Notes: generated from the letters alone by a model not told the origin. Shown: positions 33,411 to 45,215, numbered from the whole stretch's first letter. The stretch: DNA of 62,418 nucleotides, filler included, from Barthelona sp. PAP020 (GCA_040182905.1; 6 parts of 6 records of this genome joined end to end with filler, not necessarily neighbours in it), one strand, 5' to 3'. Numbers and translations are program-made.

Positions 33411-34406
33411 ATGGTAACTACTTCTAATATTGCAGTTGTATTCGATATTGATGGTGTTCTAGTGAAAGGACCAGTACCAATAGATGGTGCAAAAGAAGCT
33501 TTGGAATTATTAAATAGAAATAACGTTCAAACAATTTTTTTGACCAATTCTGGACGTGGTACACCAGAACAAAAAAGCGAATTAATCTCAAATATTATCA
33601 GTTTTGAAATTCCTCCAAATAATTTGGCTTTATCACACACACCATTTTTACAATTCCGAGAGTTGTATGCAAATAAACGTGTGGCTATTTTTGGGCATGA
33701 ATTGTTAGATTCTATGGCCTTGGACTTTGGTTTTCACAATTATATCACAAATGAGGAGATTAATGTTTTACATCCAAAATTAGTTCCATTATTTGAACCT
33801 CCATCAAAGGTTTCAACTAGAGATATTAAGGATGAACCAATTGAAGCTGTCTTTTTATTGAATGATTGTTACAGTTTTTATGATATCCAATTAATATGTG
33901 ATATTGTTCTTACCAATGGAGAATTAGCAAAACCTTACAATTTTTCATACCAAAAAGTACCAATTTATGTTGCAAATCCTGATATTGTCTATAAAGGTGA
34001 GCATGTCAACCCCAGAATTACAATGGGAGCATTTATTAGTGGTTTAAAAGCTGTTTTCAAGGATTTATCTGATGGTTATGATTTGGAAGTTATGATTAGT
34101 GGTAAACCTACGGACATGACCTATAAATATGTAAAGAACCATATGCTTGCTCCCAACACAAAAGAAATTTGGATGGTTGGGGATAATCCTAAAAGTGATA
34201 TACAAGGAGCCTTGAAAAATGGTTGGAGATCGATTTTAGTTCGAACTGGGCTGTTTCAAGGGATTAATGATGATCAATTTCCTGCTGAATACGTTGTTGA
34301 GGATGTGAGTGAAGCAGTTGATCTCATTTTAAATGGTGAATCTTCATCTGTGTATGATTCACATGAAAGTGGTGTGAATGAAACGGAAAACGAACTTTTG
34401 GAATAA
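33411..34406 (+). CDS. HAD-superfamily IIA hydrolase (HDHD5/CECR5-like)
   Basis: FDIDGVL, FLTNSG, SHTPF, ANPDIVY, GKPT, MVGDNPKSDIQGA, ILVRTG. Confidence 0.9.
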   Translation: MVTTSNIAVVFDIDGVLVKGPVPIDGAKEALELLNRNNVQTIFLTNSGRGTPEQKSELISNIISFEIPPNNLALSHTPFLQFRELYANKRVAIFGHELLDSMALDFGFHNYITNEEINVLHPKLVPLFEPPSKVSTRDIKDEPIEAVFLLNDCYSFYDIQLICDIVLTNGELAKPYNFSYQKVPIYVANPDIVYKGEHVNPRITMGAFISGLKAVFKDLSDGYDLEVMISGKPTDMTYKYVKNHMLAPNTKEIWMVGDNPKSDIQGALKNGWRSILVRTGLFQGINDDQFPAEYVVEDVSEAVDLILNGESSSVYDSHESGVNETENELLE

Positions 34407-34546
34407 ATGCATGCTTGATAAGTTTTGTCTTTTTTTTATGAACATTAAAAATTGGTGACATAAAATATGAATCAAACTTGAAATTTTTTTATTATTATTT
34501 ACTTATTGGGATGTTTCAATCCAGAAAAGTTTGGAAAAGTTTTGGT

Positions 34547-34945
34547 CAAAATAAAAATAAAATGAGGGTTGTTCACAAGCCCATTGTTTTGGGGAATCGA
34601 AATTTTCCGAATCTTCCTTTTCCCCTCAAGGTACGAACTTTTCCTTAACATACCCCCAAATTTTTGACCCCCCACGGTGAATGGATGAAAACTTGCACAA
34701 ATAGGATAAGTTTAAAAAAATATCGAAGCGTTAAGCTCTTTTGAGCAATTAGTATGCAATATTTCACACCCTGCATTGGGCATAGTTCTCCTATGACAGC
34801 CTATGAAAGAATAGGTCTCAAAAAAGAGAGGTTCCTTTCAAGAACGCTGGACCCCAGAAAAGAACAAAGATAAAGGTTTATTATTTATTAATCAACTAAG
34901 AATCCCAGTCTTTGATTTGGGTAAGTCCTGGAAAAGGTTCGTACA
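34547..34945. mobile_element. Dispersed ~400-bp repeat, copy C
   Basis: Colinear with copy A although on a different contig. GTACGAACTTTTCC (34631-34644) is an inverted repeat of GGAAAAGGTTCGTAC (34930-34944). Lies between convergent genes. Confidence 0.8.
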
Positions 34946-35015
34946 AGAAGAAAAATAAAATAAATTTACAACTTGCGTACATTAATCAATTGGACCATTT
35001 TTGATACTTTAACAT

Positions 35016-37427
35016 CTATTTATCAGACACTAAATTTAATCTTGAATCAGAACGCAATTTAATAATCATTGCAGACCAAATATCACCACTGCTTTTCTCA
35101 ATTTTAGCCAATCTATCCTTGGCAATAACAATTCTTGCATGAGCATCATCCTGAACTTTGAAGAATTCTTCTTCCTGTTTTCTATCTGGAGGCATATGTT
35201 CAGTCTTTTTGGTCCATTGTAATCTTGTTCTTTCCAACTCATCACTTTCACGTTTGATTCTTTCTTCAACGATAACAGCACGATCATATAATCGTCTAGC
35301 TACACTGGTCAATACCTTTTGTTGAATTTCTTTACTAGTTTCAGGTGATAGAACACCACCAGAATAATTATCAGGTAAGAAAGGCGCAAGATAATCAGTT
35401 TGATCATCAGAAGATGGTTCGAGAATATCTTGTTCTTGGGATATATGTAAAAGTCTCTCTTGAATAGTGTTGATATCATACAGATTACGAGTGAGATTGC
35501 TAGTATCCTTATTTCCATCCAAAACCTTGAGAGAAACTGTTTGATCATAAACTTGCAATTTAGTCATCATGTCTTGAATATCCTTTTGTTGATTCTCAAA
35601 GTTAGTTATCAAAATTATCTCACGACGTGCCAATTTTTGTAAAATCTCAAAATCTTTCTTGGATATACCTTCATCATCCATATTATCAACATCACCAGTG
35701 TCCGCTTTCTGAAGATATAACTTATTATACTCTTTTGTTTCAGCAATTAGCTTAGCAACATCTCGATGTTTTTCCACCGTAATTGTATCCTTTAATAAAT
35801 TATATGTTCTTATATGAACATTATCAGGATTTTGACCACCTTGTCTAAACTTTTCAACTAATGTAGCGATAATCATGTTACCAAATTTGTCAACATTAGC
35901 CTTAATATGTTGAGGTGTTATTTGATTGTAATCTGAAACGCTAATAAAGTTAATTGCATGATAAATAAGATTATCTGGTCTATTACGGAAATATTCTTCA
36001 ATGCTTTTTCCCTTTATTTCAATTCGTTTCCATAATCCATCTGGTCTAGGTTCGTCATAGAATATCCAGGTAGTTTTGCTAGGTGAACTGATTATCTCTT
36101 TGATATGGAATGTTTTATTAGGTAGATAATACTCATGACTCGATGAAGTAGAAGGAACAGTTATTTTCTTCTCTAAACAATGCTGACGATTTGCGTAATG
36201 TTGCACAATCTTAGAAATTAACATCCCACTATCATCAAAAAACCTCTCTTCCTTTATTAATCCATCAGATCTATAATATGGGGCGTATAAAGATACGGTG
36301 GCATCTTGATAACAAATTTCTTTTGTTCCCTTTGGATACTTCAACGCAAAATCTTTCATGCTTAGTCTTAATTTTGGAATAAAAGACTGAGGTAACTCCA
36401 AAATCTGAACATCTTCAGTTTCGTCCATATTAATTCCAGAAGCAACATTGGTTTGATCAGGGACAATGATCTGTTCATCGGCAGGAGGTATGAAAACAAA
36501 TTCCCATGCATCTGGGCTATAAAAACTGAAACTAATGTTCTCAATACCCCTTTCACATGATTGCATGTTTATAAAATAATTTCGATGATTGAAAATAGCT
36601 TCCAAACCAATGTAAGACTTGTCGTTCAATTCTTTTCTTTGACCAGTCGATGGTTCAATAAAAAATGCCTCAGTAATTCCACGATATCCAGGTGCTACAT
36701 ATACCCATGAATGAATACGCTTTCCAAAAAATGGATCTTTTTGTTCTTCTTTGTCATCATTATTTTGAATGTCATTTTGATTGGCTTTGGGTCTAAAATC
36801 ATCAACAGTATATCTAGGCTGATCATGTGATTGAAATGGTAAATTAAACTCATTCTTAGCTTCTCTTTCCGTCTTCATCTGCAAATATTTAGAAGCTAAA
36901 ACTTCTCGTTTGGGAAGAACATAAGGTCCAGTTGTTTCATCATCATCATTTTTTGTTCCTTCAATAACATCTTCTTTTTCCAATTTTACACCTGAGAAAT
37001 CGTTTTCAGTTGTCACTTTATCGGCATATCCTATCACAACATAAGAATCGAAACCAACTCCATTCAAGAAAGAACATAATAAAATGGACATTTCAAAACA
37101 ATTACCTTCATGCTTATCTAATACAGTTTGAGGGGTTAAAATAGTTGTTGGTAACTCAACAGGATTTTCCAAAGGTTTATATGATATATAATCAGCAACA
37201 AATTCAGCTGCACCTTCATAAAAATATAATTTTTTAAAACTTAATTTAGTGGGACGAATAAAAGTTGATATAAATTTGGTGACATCGACCTCATTTTTGG
37301 CAACAAACAACATTGGTTTTCTTTGTGAAAATAATTGTATGAATTGACTGTTATAATGGTCAACATATTCAAGAACCAATGCTTCTTTTGATGTTGTCTG
37401 ATAATAACTTTCCGGATATTCACTCAT
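35016..37427 (-). CDS. DRC7: Dynein regulatory complex subunit 7 (CCDC135/FAP50)
   Basis: YPESY...KE.LVL, KFISTFIRPT, GNCFEMSILLCSFL.G.GFDSYVV.GYA, RIHSWV, FFIEPSTG, DYLAPFL. ATG at 37427. Confidence 0.92.
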   Translation of the reverse strand: MSEYPESYYQTTSKEALVLEYVDHYNSQFIQLFSQRKPMLFVAKNEVDVTKFISTFIRPTKLSFKKLYFYEGAAEFVADYISYKPLENPVELPTTILTPQTVLDKHEGNCFEMSILLCSFLNGVGFDSYVVIGYADKVTTENDFSGVKLEKEDVIEGTKNDDDETTGPYVLPKREVLASKYLQMKTEREAKNEFNLPFQSHDQPRYTVDDFRPKANQNDIQNNDDKEEQKDPFFGKRIHSWVYVAPGYRGITEAFFIEPSTGQRKELNDKSYIGLEAIFNHRNYFINMQSCERGIENISFSFYSPDAWEFVFIPPADEQIIVPDQTNVASGINMDETEDVQILELPQSFIPKLRLSMKDFALKYPKGTKEICYQDATVSLYAPYYRSDGLIKEERFFDDSGMLISKIVQHYANRQHCLEKKITVPSTSSSHEYYLPNKTFHIKEIISSPSKTTWIFYDEPRPDGLWKRIEIKGKSIEEYFRNRPDNLIYHAINFISVSDYNQITPQHIKANVDKFGNMIIATLVEKFRQGGQNPDNVHIRTYNLLKDTITVEKHRDVAKLIAETKEYNKLYLQKADTGDVDNMDDEGISKKDFEILQKLARREIILITNFENQQKDIQDMMTKLQVYDQTVSLKVLDGNKDTSNLTRNLYDINTIQERLLHISQEQDILEPSSDDQTDYLAPFLPDNYSGGVLSPETSKEIQQKVLTSVARRLYDRAVIVEERIKRESDELERTRLQWTKKTEHMPPDRKQEEEFFKVQDDAHARIVIAKDRLAKIEKSSGDIWSAMIIKLRSDSRLNLVSDK

Positions 37428-37656
37428 TAAATTAAAACCAAAATTTAAATGTGAGGTTTCAAAAAAAAAGAAAATTGAAAATGAAAGTGTTTTTATTTTG
37501 AACAATGACCTCACCATTGCTTCTCAATGTCAACAAAATTTACTTTTAAAACAAATTAAATATGTATTATTGAATATTGGAAAAAAAAAAAATTTTTATA
37601 TTTCAAACAAAAAAAAAAACTTTTATAACTCAGTTTCAAATTGTACATATTATTAG

Positions 37657-40107
37657 TTATTCCTGTTTTTCATCATCTTTTGGCAATATTACTACATTTT
37701 TCATCACTTTGCCCAAAAATTCTGTGATTTTTCTTTTAAGTTTGCTGAAAGTTGGCATTTTTAATTCTTCCGCAAATACACCAGCTGTTTCATCCTTTTC
37801 AATGATAAATCTAGTCACACAATCGATTGATTTGACAACTGTAGCTTCCCAATTATCTGTTTCTGATACATTATAATGAAGATAACCCAACAAAGCTTCA
37901 GTTGTTTTTGCATCCAATTCTTTGAATAAAGAAACAGCATGACAAACAGTTCGTATTAACAACTCCAATTCAACCTCCAAATTTGCAATTTGCATTTGAA
38001 TATCACTGGCGTCTTTTGAGGTAGAAGCAAAATCTTGTCTCGTCTGATCATAAACTAACTTCAATGAATCTGTTGGTAGGGGATTCTTGTCTTTATATTT
38101 GACTAATAAGCGCTTTTGAGCAGCAATGAATTCCATTGAATTCTTTTCTAAAGTTTCTCCAACTAACTTTAAAGTTTTCAACAATTCCAAATGTTCTTCA
38201 GCTACAGTAAATAATTCTTGCAAAGGTACATCAGAGAGGAAGGAAATCCCAAAGTTGTTTTCCATGCATTTTGTATAGATCCATTCAAACAAAAAGCATA
38301 CAGCTTTTCTAGAATCAGATAAGATATGTATATGATGTTGTTGTTTGTGATATCTAATGGCGGCAATGTGTCCACCTGCCAATAATAGAGTGAAATTTCC
38401 ATTTGATGGTGTTTCATCTGCGGAATCAACATAAATACCTTCAAACCATTCCAACAATGGCATTTTCTGATGAGCCCTCAATTCAACATAAAAATCATCC
38501 GCAGCATGATATTGAGAGCGAACAGCAAAAAGTTCCAGAGGTAACAATATTGTTTTCCTTGTTACTCGAGGTTCAAGTGCACCATCATCATTGATAATTT
38601 CATAAGAAGCAATAATATCAGCTTCAGCAGATGGTGGAATATCACCACTGAACAAAAATGTCAATTCAGTGGTAATAGGAGTGCTATCAGATCTTAACTC
38701 ATCTATTTTATTCAAACCAATACTTGTCTCAATTGGCTCACTAACTTTGGTCAATAATTGGATATTTCTGGCACTTGTATCTCCTGCAAAAGATAAAGCC
38801 AAACGTAGTGATAATGATCGAGCTTCTTTTCCACCTTCTTTATATGCTAGTACTGGGGCACCCTCATAGACAGCAATACCCAACTTAGCTTGAACTGTAG
38901 ATGAACCAGTTTGACTAGCTCTTCTGATTTTTGCATGGAATTTTCGACGTTCAGCTTCCATTTGTTCAAAACTAAGGGATGTTTTACCTGCGCCAAATAC
39001 AGTTGGTAACATAGGAGTTGTTCCTAAATATTGCACACGTATGGTTCCATCATCAAATTGAGCGACGATTGACCCTTTAACTCCACAAATTTCTCGAACA
39101 GCCAATGACAATGGCAGATAATCAACTTTTGCCATCCAAGCAGTAGTCCTATCAATATATACAATGAGATTTTTTGTGTCTGTTGCAACAAGAAGATTTT
39201 GCAATCCATTTCCACTGGGATTATCATACAACAAAGCAGTAATTGGTGAATAATTCAATCTACGATGTTGTAAAAGATGCCCATGATCACTGATGGTCCA
39301 TATTGAATGTTCACCAACAATAACTACATTATATTGCCCCGTAGCTGCGGTTTCATTGAACAAACGTCCAGTTAAGATTTTAATTACTGGTTCTCCTAAA
39401 TTCAAAGACCATTCTGGTGTGACTTTCCCTCCATCCATTTGAACGGCGGCTGTTACTAACATTTGCATTTTATAGGCATTAACTTTTAAATGAGAGTTAA
39501 ATGATATAAATAAATCTCGTTCTTTGAGGTATGCAATTGGTCCTGGAACCATATAAGAACCCATAGAAACATTAAAACTCTGTTTATCTCTGTCAAAAAA
39601 AAACCACACACCATCCATTGATTGTACACATATGAAATCATGTGTTACGTTGTTTCCAAAAGGACCACAAATCATAGAATGAGAATTTCTTGGTAATTCA
39701 TGTTGATATTGAAGATTTAATGAAGCATATTGTCCAGATGCAAGTTTAGAAGCATTAATTTCCAAAGAAAATACACTTAAACTTCGTGGATGTAAACATG
39801 CAATTGCATTTTGATCAGAATGTGGTAAAAATTTACCAACTAATATTTGATAAATAGGTAATTCTAAATTTTGTTCTAAAATTAAATGATCAGCTTTATA
39901 ATTGGATCGACTTGGTTCATAAATTTTAACTATACCTTGAAAAGAACCAACTATTATTTTAACTGCAAAAATTAGTAATAGATACATAAATAATCAAAAT
40001 AGACCTTCTTCTCCAGGTTGTTCATATATTGAAAATGAATCCACAGCAAACTCCTCATCCATCAAAGTTTCTGAACTCCACAGATCTCCAGTATGAAATA
40101 ATGACAT
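37657..40107 (-). CDS. BBS9: BBSome subunit BBS9/PTHB1; 2 exons (40107-40005, 39962-37657)
   Basis: Spliced N-terminus MSLFHTGDLWS...EEF...KIIVGSFQG; also LHPRSL, GPFG...DFICVQSMDG, PGPIAY, YLGT.P, AAQKRLLVKYKDKNP. Confidence 0.93.
39963..40004 (-). other. 42-nt intron in BBS9 with GTCTAT donor
   Basis: GTCTAT...TACTAAT-TTTTGCAG. It contains an in-frame TGA, so it must be removed to join the conserved MSLF N-terminus. Confidence 0.88.
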
Positions 40108-40315
40108 AATTCAATCTAACAACGTGAAAAGAAAAAAATGAATTGCGAAAAAGAAATAATTACTCCATAATTGACCTTTGTAATTTGATTTATTTTGAGA
40201 AAAAACAGATTTATTAATGTGATAAACGAGTGTAAATATCAGAAATGAAAGAAAAATTCATTTCCAACGCCAAAGCAAAAATGAAACTTTTTTATTTGAG
40301 CTTAAGCTCCTAAAT

Positions 40316-41509
40316 ATGACAGAGGAATCGATACAAAAAGCACTATATGACGAATATTTACCAGAAATTTGTGTAGAAAGTGCAAAAGTCATTTATGACC
40401 GATTTACTGGACAAATGTGGGATTGCAAATATTCTGTTGATGGGAAATATCTTGCTATTGTGAATTCAACAGGTTTTTTAATGATATTTGATGGTGAAAC
40501 GGCAAATCACTTGACAACTTTTCAATATGATAAAAAAGTTTGTTTTCAGGTTGATTTTTCTCCAAACAATCAATTTTTGGTGGTTTGTTTTGATGATATG
40601 TCTATTATTATCTATAATGTTGGTGATTTCTCAAAGTATGATGTCATTATAAATTTTGGTTGGACTATTAGCATAAAATTTTCGCATTGCTCCAGATATA
40701 TTTACAGCAGTGATGTTAATGGTTATATTAAAAAGTGGGACATCGAGAACAAAGAGGAAATTCTTGTAAATGCAGTTCACTCAGATTGGATATATCAAAT
40801 ACTTGCATGCAATGATGAAAAATACATTTTAACATTAAGTACAGATAAAACAGTCAAATTAATTAATACTGTTGATTTTTCCATTGTTTATTCAGTTGAA
40901 CATAAAGACATCCTTTATGCAATGGCCTATAACGCAGACAGTAAATTTATTGCAACAGGAACAGTAAAGAGTGAAGTTAATCTTTGGGATTATTTAAATG
41001 GCTCTCATCTTCATTCATTTTTTCTTGAAGGACAAATATTTGCACTTGAGTTTGTCACCCCATATGTGTTGGTAGTGATGTCTGGAGATGGTTATATTAC
41101 ACTATATGATACTTCTACTCACACTCAAATTCAGAGAGTTCATTGTGGTTGTGATAAGCATCATTTTTCAATGGCAGTTTCACCAAACAGACACTATTTA
41201 ACATGTGGAAGGTGTGATAATGTCAACATTAAAATGTTTTCTTTTACTTTTGGATTAAAACAAAGTAGTATTTCAAATTTGATAGAAAATTCCAAAAATA
41301 ATCAATCTCTTCTTCGCCATGCCATTTCAATCGGCTTAAAAGATTCCATTATTAGACAATTAATTGTTGGAGGAGTTCATATGGATAAAAAAGGCTTTGA
41401 TTTAGCAATAAATAGTTGTTGGGATTTGGTGCAAATTAATGAATCCAATGGTGGAAACATGAATGAGTTTATTGATAATTTCAATGATGAAAGTGAGGAC
41501 GATGAATAA
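40316..41509 (+). CDS. WD40-repeat protein (paralogue of 26170-27375)
   Basis: WD repeats (HSDWIYQI, STDKTVKL, VNLWD). Shared VMSG.GYIT, QIQ.VHC.C and C-terminal CWDL...GGNM motifs. Confidence 0.85.
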   Translation: MTEESIQKALYDEYLPEICVESAKVIYDRFTGQMWDCKYSVDGKYLAIVNSTGFLMIFDGETANHLTTFQYDKKVCFQVDFSPNNQFLVVCFDDMSIIIYNVGDFSKYDVIINFGWTISIKFSHCSRYIYSSDVNGYIKKWDIENKEEILVNAVHSDWIYQILACNDEKYILTLSTDKTVKLINTVDFSIVYSVEHKDILYAMAYNADSKFIATGTVKSEVNLWDYLNGSHLHSFFLEGQIFALEFVTPYVLVVMSGDGYITLYDTSTHTQIQRVHCGCDKHHFSMAVSPNRHYLTCGRCDNVNIKMFSFTFGLKQSSISNLIENSKNNQSLLRHAISIGLKDSIIRQLIVGGVHMDKKGFDLAINSCWDLVQINESNGGNMNEFIDNFNDESEDDE

Positions 41510-41752
41510 ATAATTTTGTAAATAATAGCAAATTCTTTGTTGTTTCCTTTTGAATCTTGTAAAATAAGGAAAAAGGTGAAAAGGCTTGCTACTGTGCATT
41601 AAAATGACTGGTTAGTGAAAGAAAAAAGCTGATTGGGGAGTTAAAATATTATTATTTGTTTCAACGTTCAAGACCTGTTTATGTGCATAATATGGATTAT
41701 GAGGAGATCGAAGATGTGGTGAATGGGATAGATAAGTTGTGTAAACTGACCG

Positions 41753-41852
41753 NNNNNNNNNNNNNNNNNNNNNNNNNNNNNNNNNNNNNNNNNNNNTTAA
41801 TTAATTAANNNNNNNNNNNNNNNNNNNNNNNNNNNNNNNNNNNNNNNNNNNN
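41753..41852. other. Artificial contig spacer
   Basis: N44-TTAATTAATTAA-N44. Confidence 0.98.
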
Positions 41853-42866
41853 TATTTCACTTTCAATTTTGATATCCATTAATATCAGAAATTGCAAGAA
41901 GAAACCTTAAACACATTTATATTGTCTTTTACGTGAAATCCGTCCGCTTTGTTACAAACACTAAATCCTGATAAAGACCATTATTGTTCGTTGTAGGAGC
42001 TTGTAGGTTCTTGCATCTGGGTAAATTTGGGTGGATAGTTCAAAATACTCTTGAAAAAGGGCTTGTGGTCCAAATCGGGCAATCATTTAAAGAAAAGCAC
42101 ATTAATTTTCAGCAGCCAGCTAATCCACTCCAAACTTTAATTGTCTCGTGCTTAGTCTTTGTAAAACTTTTATATTCTCCCTACATGTTTCATTTACCCA
42201 TACCGTTTATCTCATGAACTTCACAATTCCGTATTATTTCTTTAATTTTTCAATCTTGGCACAAATTAAACCAAAAATTGTTAAAAGACTTCAACTATGA
42301 TTATTATTGGATTTTTAATTCACTCATACAATTTGTTTAAAAACATAGGCTCTACACCTATACACTATCTTGTTGAAGGCCATGAATTAGAATATGGTTG
42401 TAATATCCAGTTAATGTTTACAGCCGCAAGAATCAACAGCAAAAGTCAATTATTTGTGCTATTTGAGTTGCTAAAAAAACAAAATAAAATGAAAAGCTTT
42501 AATTTTGACTTTAAAATAGTCCAAAGGGATGTTTTCCTTTTCTTTTGTTGTTTTATATGAATTCAAGCCATTTTTCGATGATGGATAACAACTATAAATT
42601 TATATTACCGCTAAAATTCAATTTCTTTGAAATGTTTCTATTTTCAAACTTTCAGAAATTCTTTTTTGAAAAGAATAAGAATTGGTCTTTGAAAAAAATT
42701 TGATTTTTTCATCTGCTCACCTCTCACAAATTTCTTATGATCCTTTATTTGATGCATAAAAACATTTGATAACTTTTCAACAAAAAATTCCTTTTCTTTA
42801 AAAATGGCTATTGAAAAAAAATAGATGATCATCAATCATTTACTGTAAATAATTCCAAGCTTATGC

Positions 42867-43322
42867 TTAGGCGATAAGACGAGCAGCAGTACGATGATTG
42901 TACTTCCAATTGGGCTTTAATTGACCACTCTTCTTATAATAACGGGCTAATCTGTGAACACGAGATTCGATTAAAATCAAACGGAACTTAGCATCCTTAT
43001 CGGTACGGAAAGTGTTAAGATGTCTACGAATGGCAAGAGATTTCTTGATAAGATGATAAAGATCTTCAGGAATATTAGGAGCCAAACCGTTAACACGAAG
43101 GACACGGAGAAGTTTGTTACCAGTGACGGTCTTAAATTGACCAACACCGTGAGAATCTCTTAAGATTGTACCAATTTGAGAGGGAGTCATACCAGTTTTG
43201 GCAAGATCACAAGCAACTTCGATAATATCTTGAGGAGTTCTAACAAACCAAGAAGGAACACGACGAGAAAAAGGGGTAGCTGAACCAGACATACCCTTTC
43301 CTTTAGAATGCATACGACCCAT
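42867..43322 (-). CDS. RPS13: 40S ribosomal protein S13 (uS15)
   Basis: [15 protein letters not shown]...[15 protein letters not shown]...[11 protein letters not shown]...[23 protein letters not shown]. Confidence 0.98.
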   Translation of the reverse strand: MGRMHSKGKGMSGSATPFSRRVPSWFVRTPQDIIEVACDLAKTGMTPSQIGTILRDSHGVGQFKTVTGNKLLRVLRVNGLAPNIPEDLYHLIKKSLAIRRHLNTFRTDKDAKFRLILIESRVHRLARYYKKSGQLKPNWKYNHRTAARLIA

Positions 43323-43330
43323 TTTGAATT

Positions 43331-43398
43331 CTAAAATAGTTAGTTATTATTCGCATAAATGTAATGAATAAAAGATTAGATCGGTCAAAATAACATAC
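43331..43398 (-). other. Putative 68-nt 5'-UTR intron of RPS13
   Basis: GTATGT...AACTAAC-TATTTTAG ending 8 nt before the ATG, with the same architecture as the coding introns. Confidence 0.7.
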
Positions 43399-43733
43399 TT
43401 TTGTTGGATTGACGAAAAAAATGTAGAAGAAGAAGTAAAAAATTTTTTATTTTTGTAAAAAAGTTTGACTTTTTTTTTATCATTGAAATACTATTTGTTT
43501 ATTCAAATATTATGATTAAATGTAAATAATAATTATGAATATATTTTTTAAGAGGATAAAGATTTATTTGGATTTTTTTGTTAAAAACAATTTAAAATCA
43601 AATCGTTGAACAAAAAAATTGTTACAAACAAACTAAAAAAATAAAATAAAAAGCTTCAAACAAATAATTTATTGTCATAAACAAAAACCGATTTTTTTTG
43701 AGTCAAACACAAAAATACTTTTAAAAATCTTAC

Positions 43734-45015
43734 TTAAGCATTGGTCAATCTTTCCACAATTTTTTTACCTTCTGAAATCATTTTTGATAAAGGTGATTCA
43801 AAAGAATTTATTTCAACTGTTGCCAACAACTCCTTTGCGAATTTTTCATCACATTTTAGAAGGTTAATAATTTCAGAAGTGATACTCTCTTCATCTTCAT
43901 TATCAACTTGATATAAAGTGAAATAGCAATCAACTAAATACTTTGACATTCTGAATATGATTTTATGTTGTTGTTTTCTTAGGAAAAGGTCGGTTTCAAC
44001 GGATTCTTTAGCAAGATTAAGATATTTACTAGCTTCTTCTTCATCAATTTCGATGAAAGTGGAATAAATGTATTGAATGAAAGGATCATTCAATTGTAAT
44101 AAGTCATTTTTAGATGTAGCAATGATGGAAATGACTCTGTTAAGATTTTTTATTGAATGTTCTGTTCCAATAAGAGCAGAAATTATCTGATATCTCAACA
44201 AAGAAGGTTCAAAACCAATGACAATATCAGTAACACTACCTAATAATTTGGCAAACTCATCAGCGAGGCTATCATCATCAAATTTAGTCCATAACAAAAG
44301 GTTGATATAATGAAGGGACAAATTTTTCAATTTTCCACCCAATTTTCTTGAATAATTGTCTTTAACTTGAGAACGAATGATAGATAATGATTCTTCCAAA
44401 ATTTTGAAATATTCATTTGTTTTTGAATTGTGAATCAAAATTCCATTGGAACAAATACCCCAAAGTGCCTTTTCATAAATTGTTTGTAGGTCTTCAGATA
44501 AAGATTCGTTTCTTAAACATTTAAATATGAATACTAGATGCTCAAAAGAATCTTCATATTTACCGGATTCAAATTCCATTTGAGCAAATTGGAAAAATTT
44601 AATGAATAAATCAATATTAATCGGTGGTTGAAGTAATTTTGACAAAGAAATATCTTCTTCCTTGGTAATCCAACAAAAATCAGAAACAGGCTTAACTTCT
44701 TTCTTTAAAGAATTAAAAGCAGTTTCAAAAGTTATTTTCCTTTCATTATCAAAATCAATATTCAACATGTTACATAACTTTTCAAGTTCATCAAAACAAC
44801 AAGTATCTTTCAATAATTGAAACTTCAATTGAGCCAAATCATCTTCAGTAAATATCTAAAGTATTAGAATATGGTGAATAATTACAATAAAATACTTTTT
44901 GTTCAATCCAATAATCAACATAATTGATAAGTAAATGTCCTGATTGATATGGTGAAATAGCTTTCAATAAACTCAAGCATTGTGTCTGTTTGGAATTTAA
45001 TTCGGTGATTACCAT
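43734..45015 (-). CDS. EIF3E: eIF3 subunit E (Int6)-like, divergent; 2 exons (45015-44896, 44855-43734)
   Basis: Spliced LLKAISPYQSGHLLINYVDYWIEQKIFTEDDLAQLKFQLLKDT resembles the eIF3e N-terminus. Also FAQMEFESGKY, ALWG, LLRY, DPF..Y, DLFL. Confidence 0.65.
44856..44895 (-). other. 40-nt intron in the eIF3e-like gene
   Basis: GTATTT...TTCTAAT-ACTTTAG, phase 0. Joins a 40-codon first exon in frame. Confidence 0.85.
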
Positions 45016-45215
45016 AGGAAAAAAAAAAGGTGAAAGATGAGAAAATGCAATGTTTCTTTCATTTTTTCACACAATAACTTCAATAAGGAATGACGTTTGA
45101 TAATAATCCTGTTTATATTGATAAAAATTTTGAAAAAAAAAAAAGTAAAACAACCCAGACTTTCCTCTTGAAGCAAAAAAGAAAAAAAAAGAAAAAATAT
45201 TTATTAAAGATGCAA

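Noticed and set aside
41853..42290. Minus-strand frame of ~146 codons interrupted only by TAA/TAG, suggesting a TAR=Gln code fragment
   Set aside because: The stop count (about 6 TAA, 2 TAG, 0 TGA) is compatible with random AT-rich sequence, no protein motif is recognisable, and host genes use all three stops. At most a decayed element.
44986..45012. 27-nt GTAATC...AACAG intron right after the eIF3e-like ATG
   Set aside because: It is in frame, has no stop, lacks the CTRAY branch motif and is shorter than the confirmed introns. It cannot be supported without transcripts.
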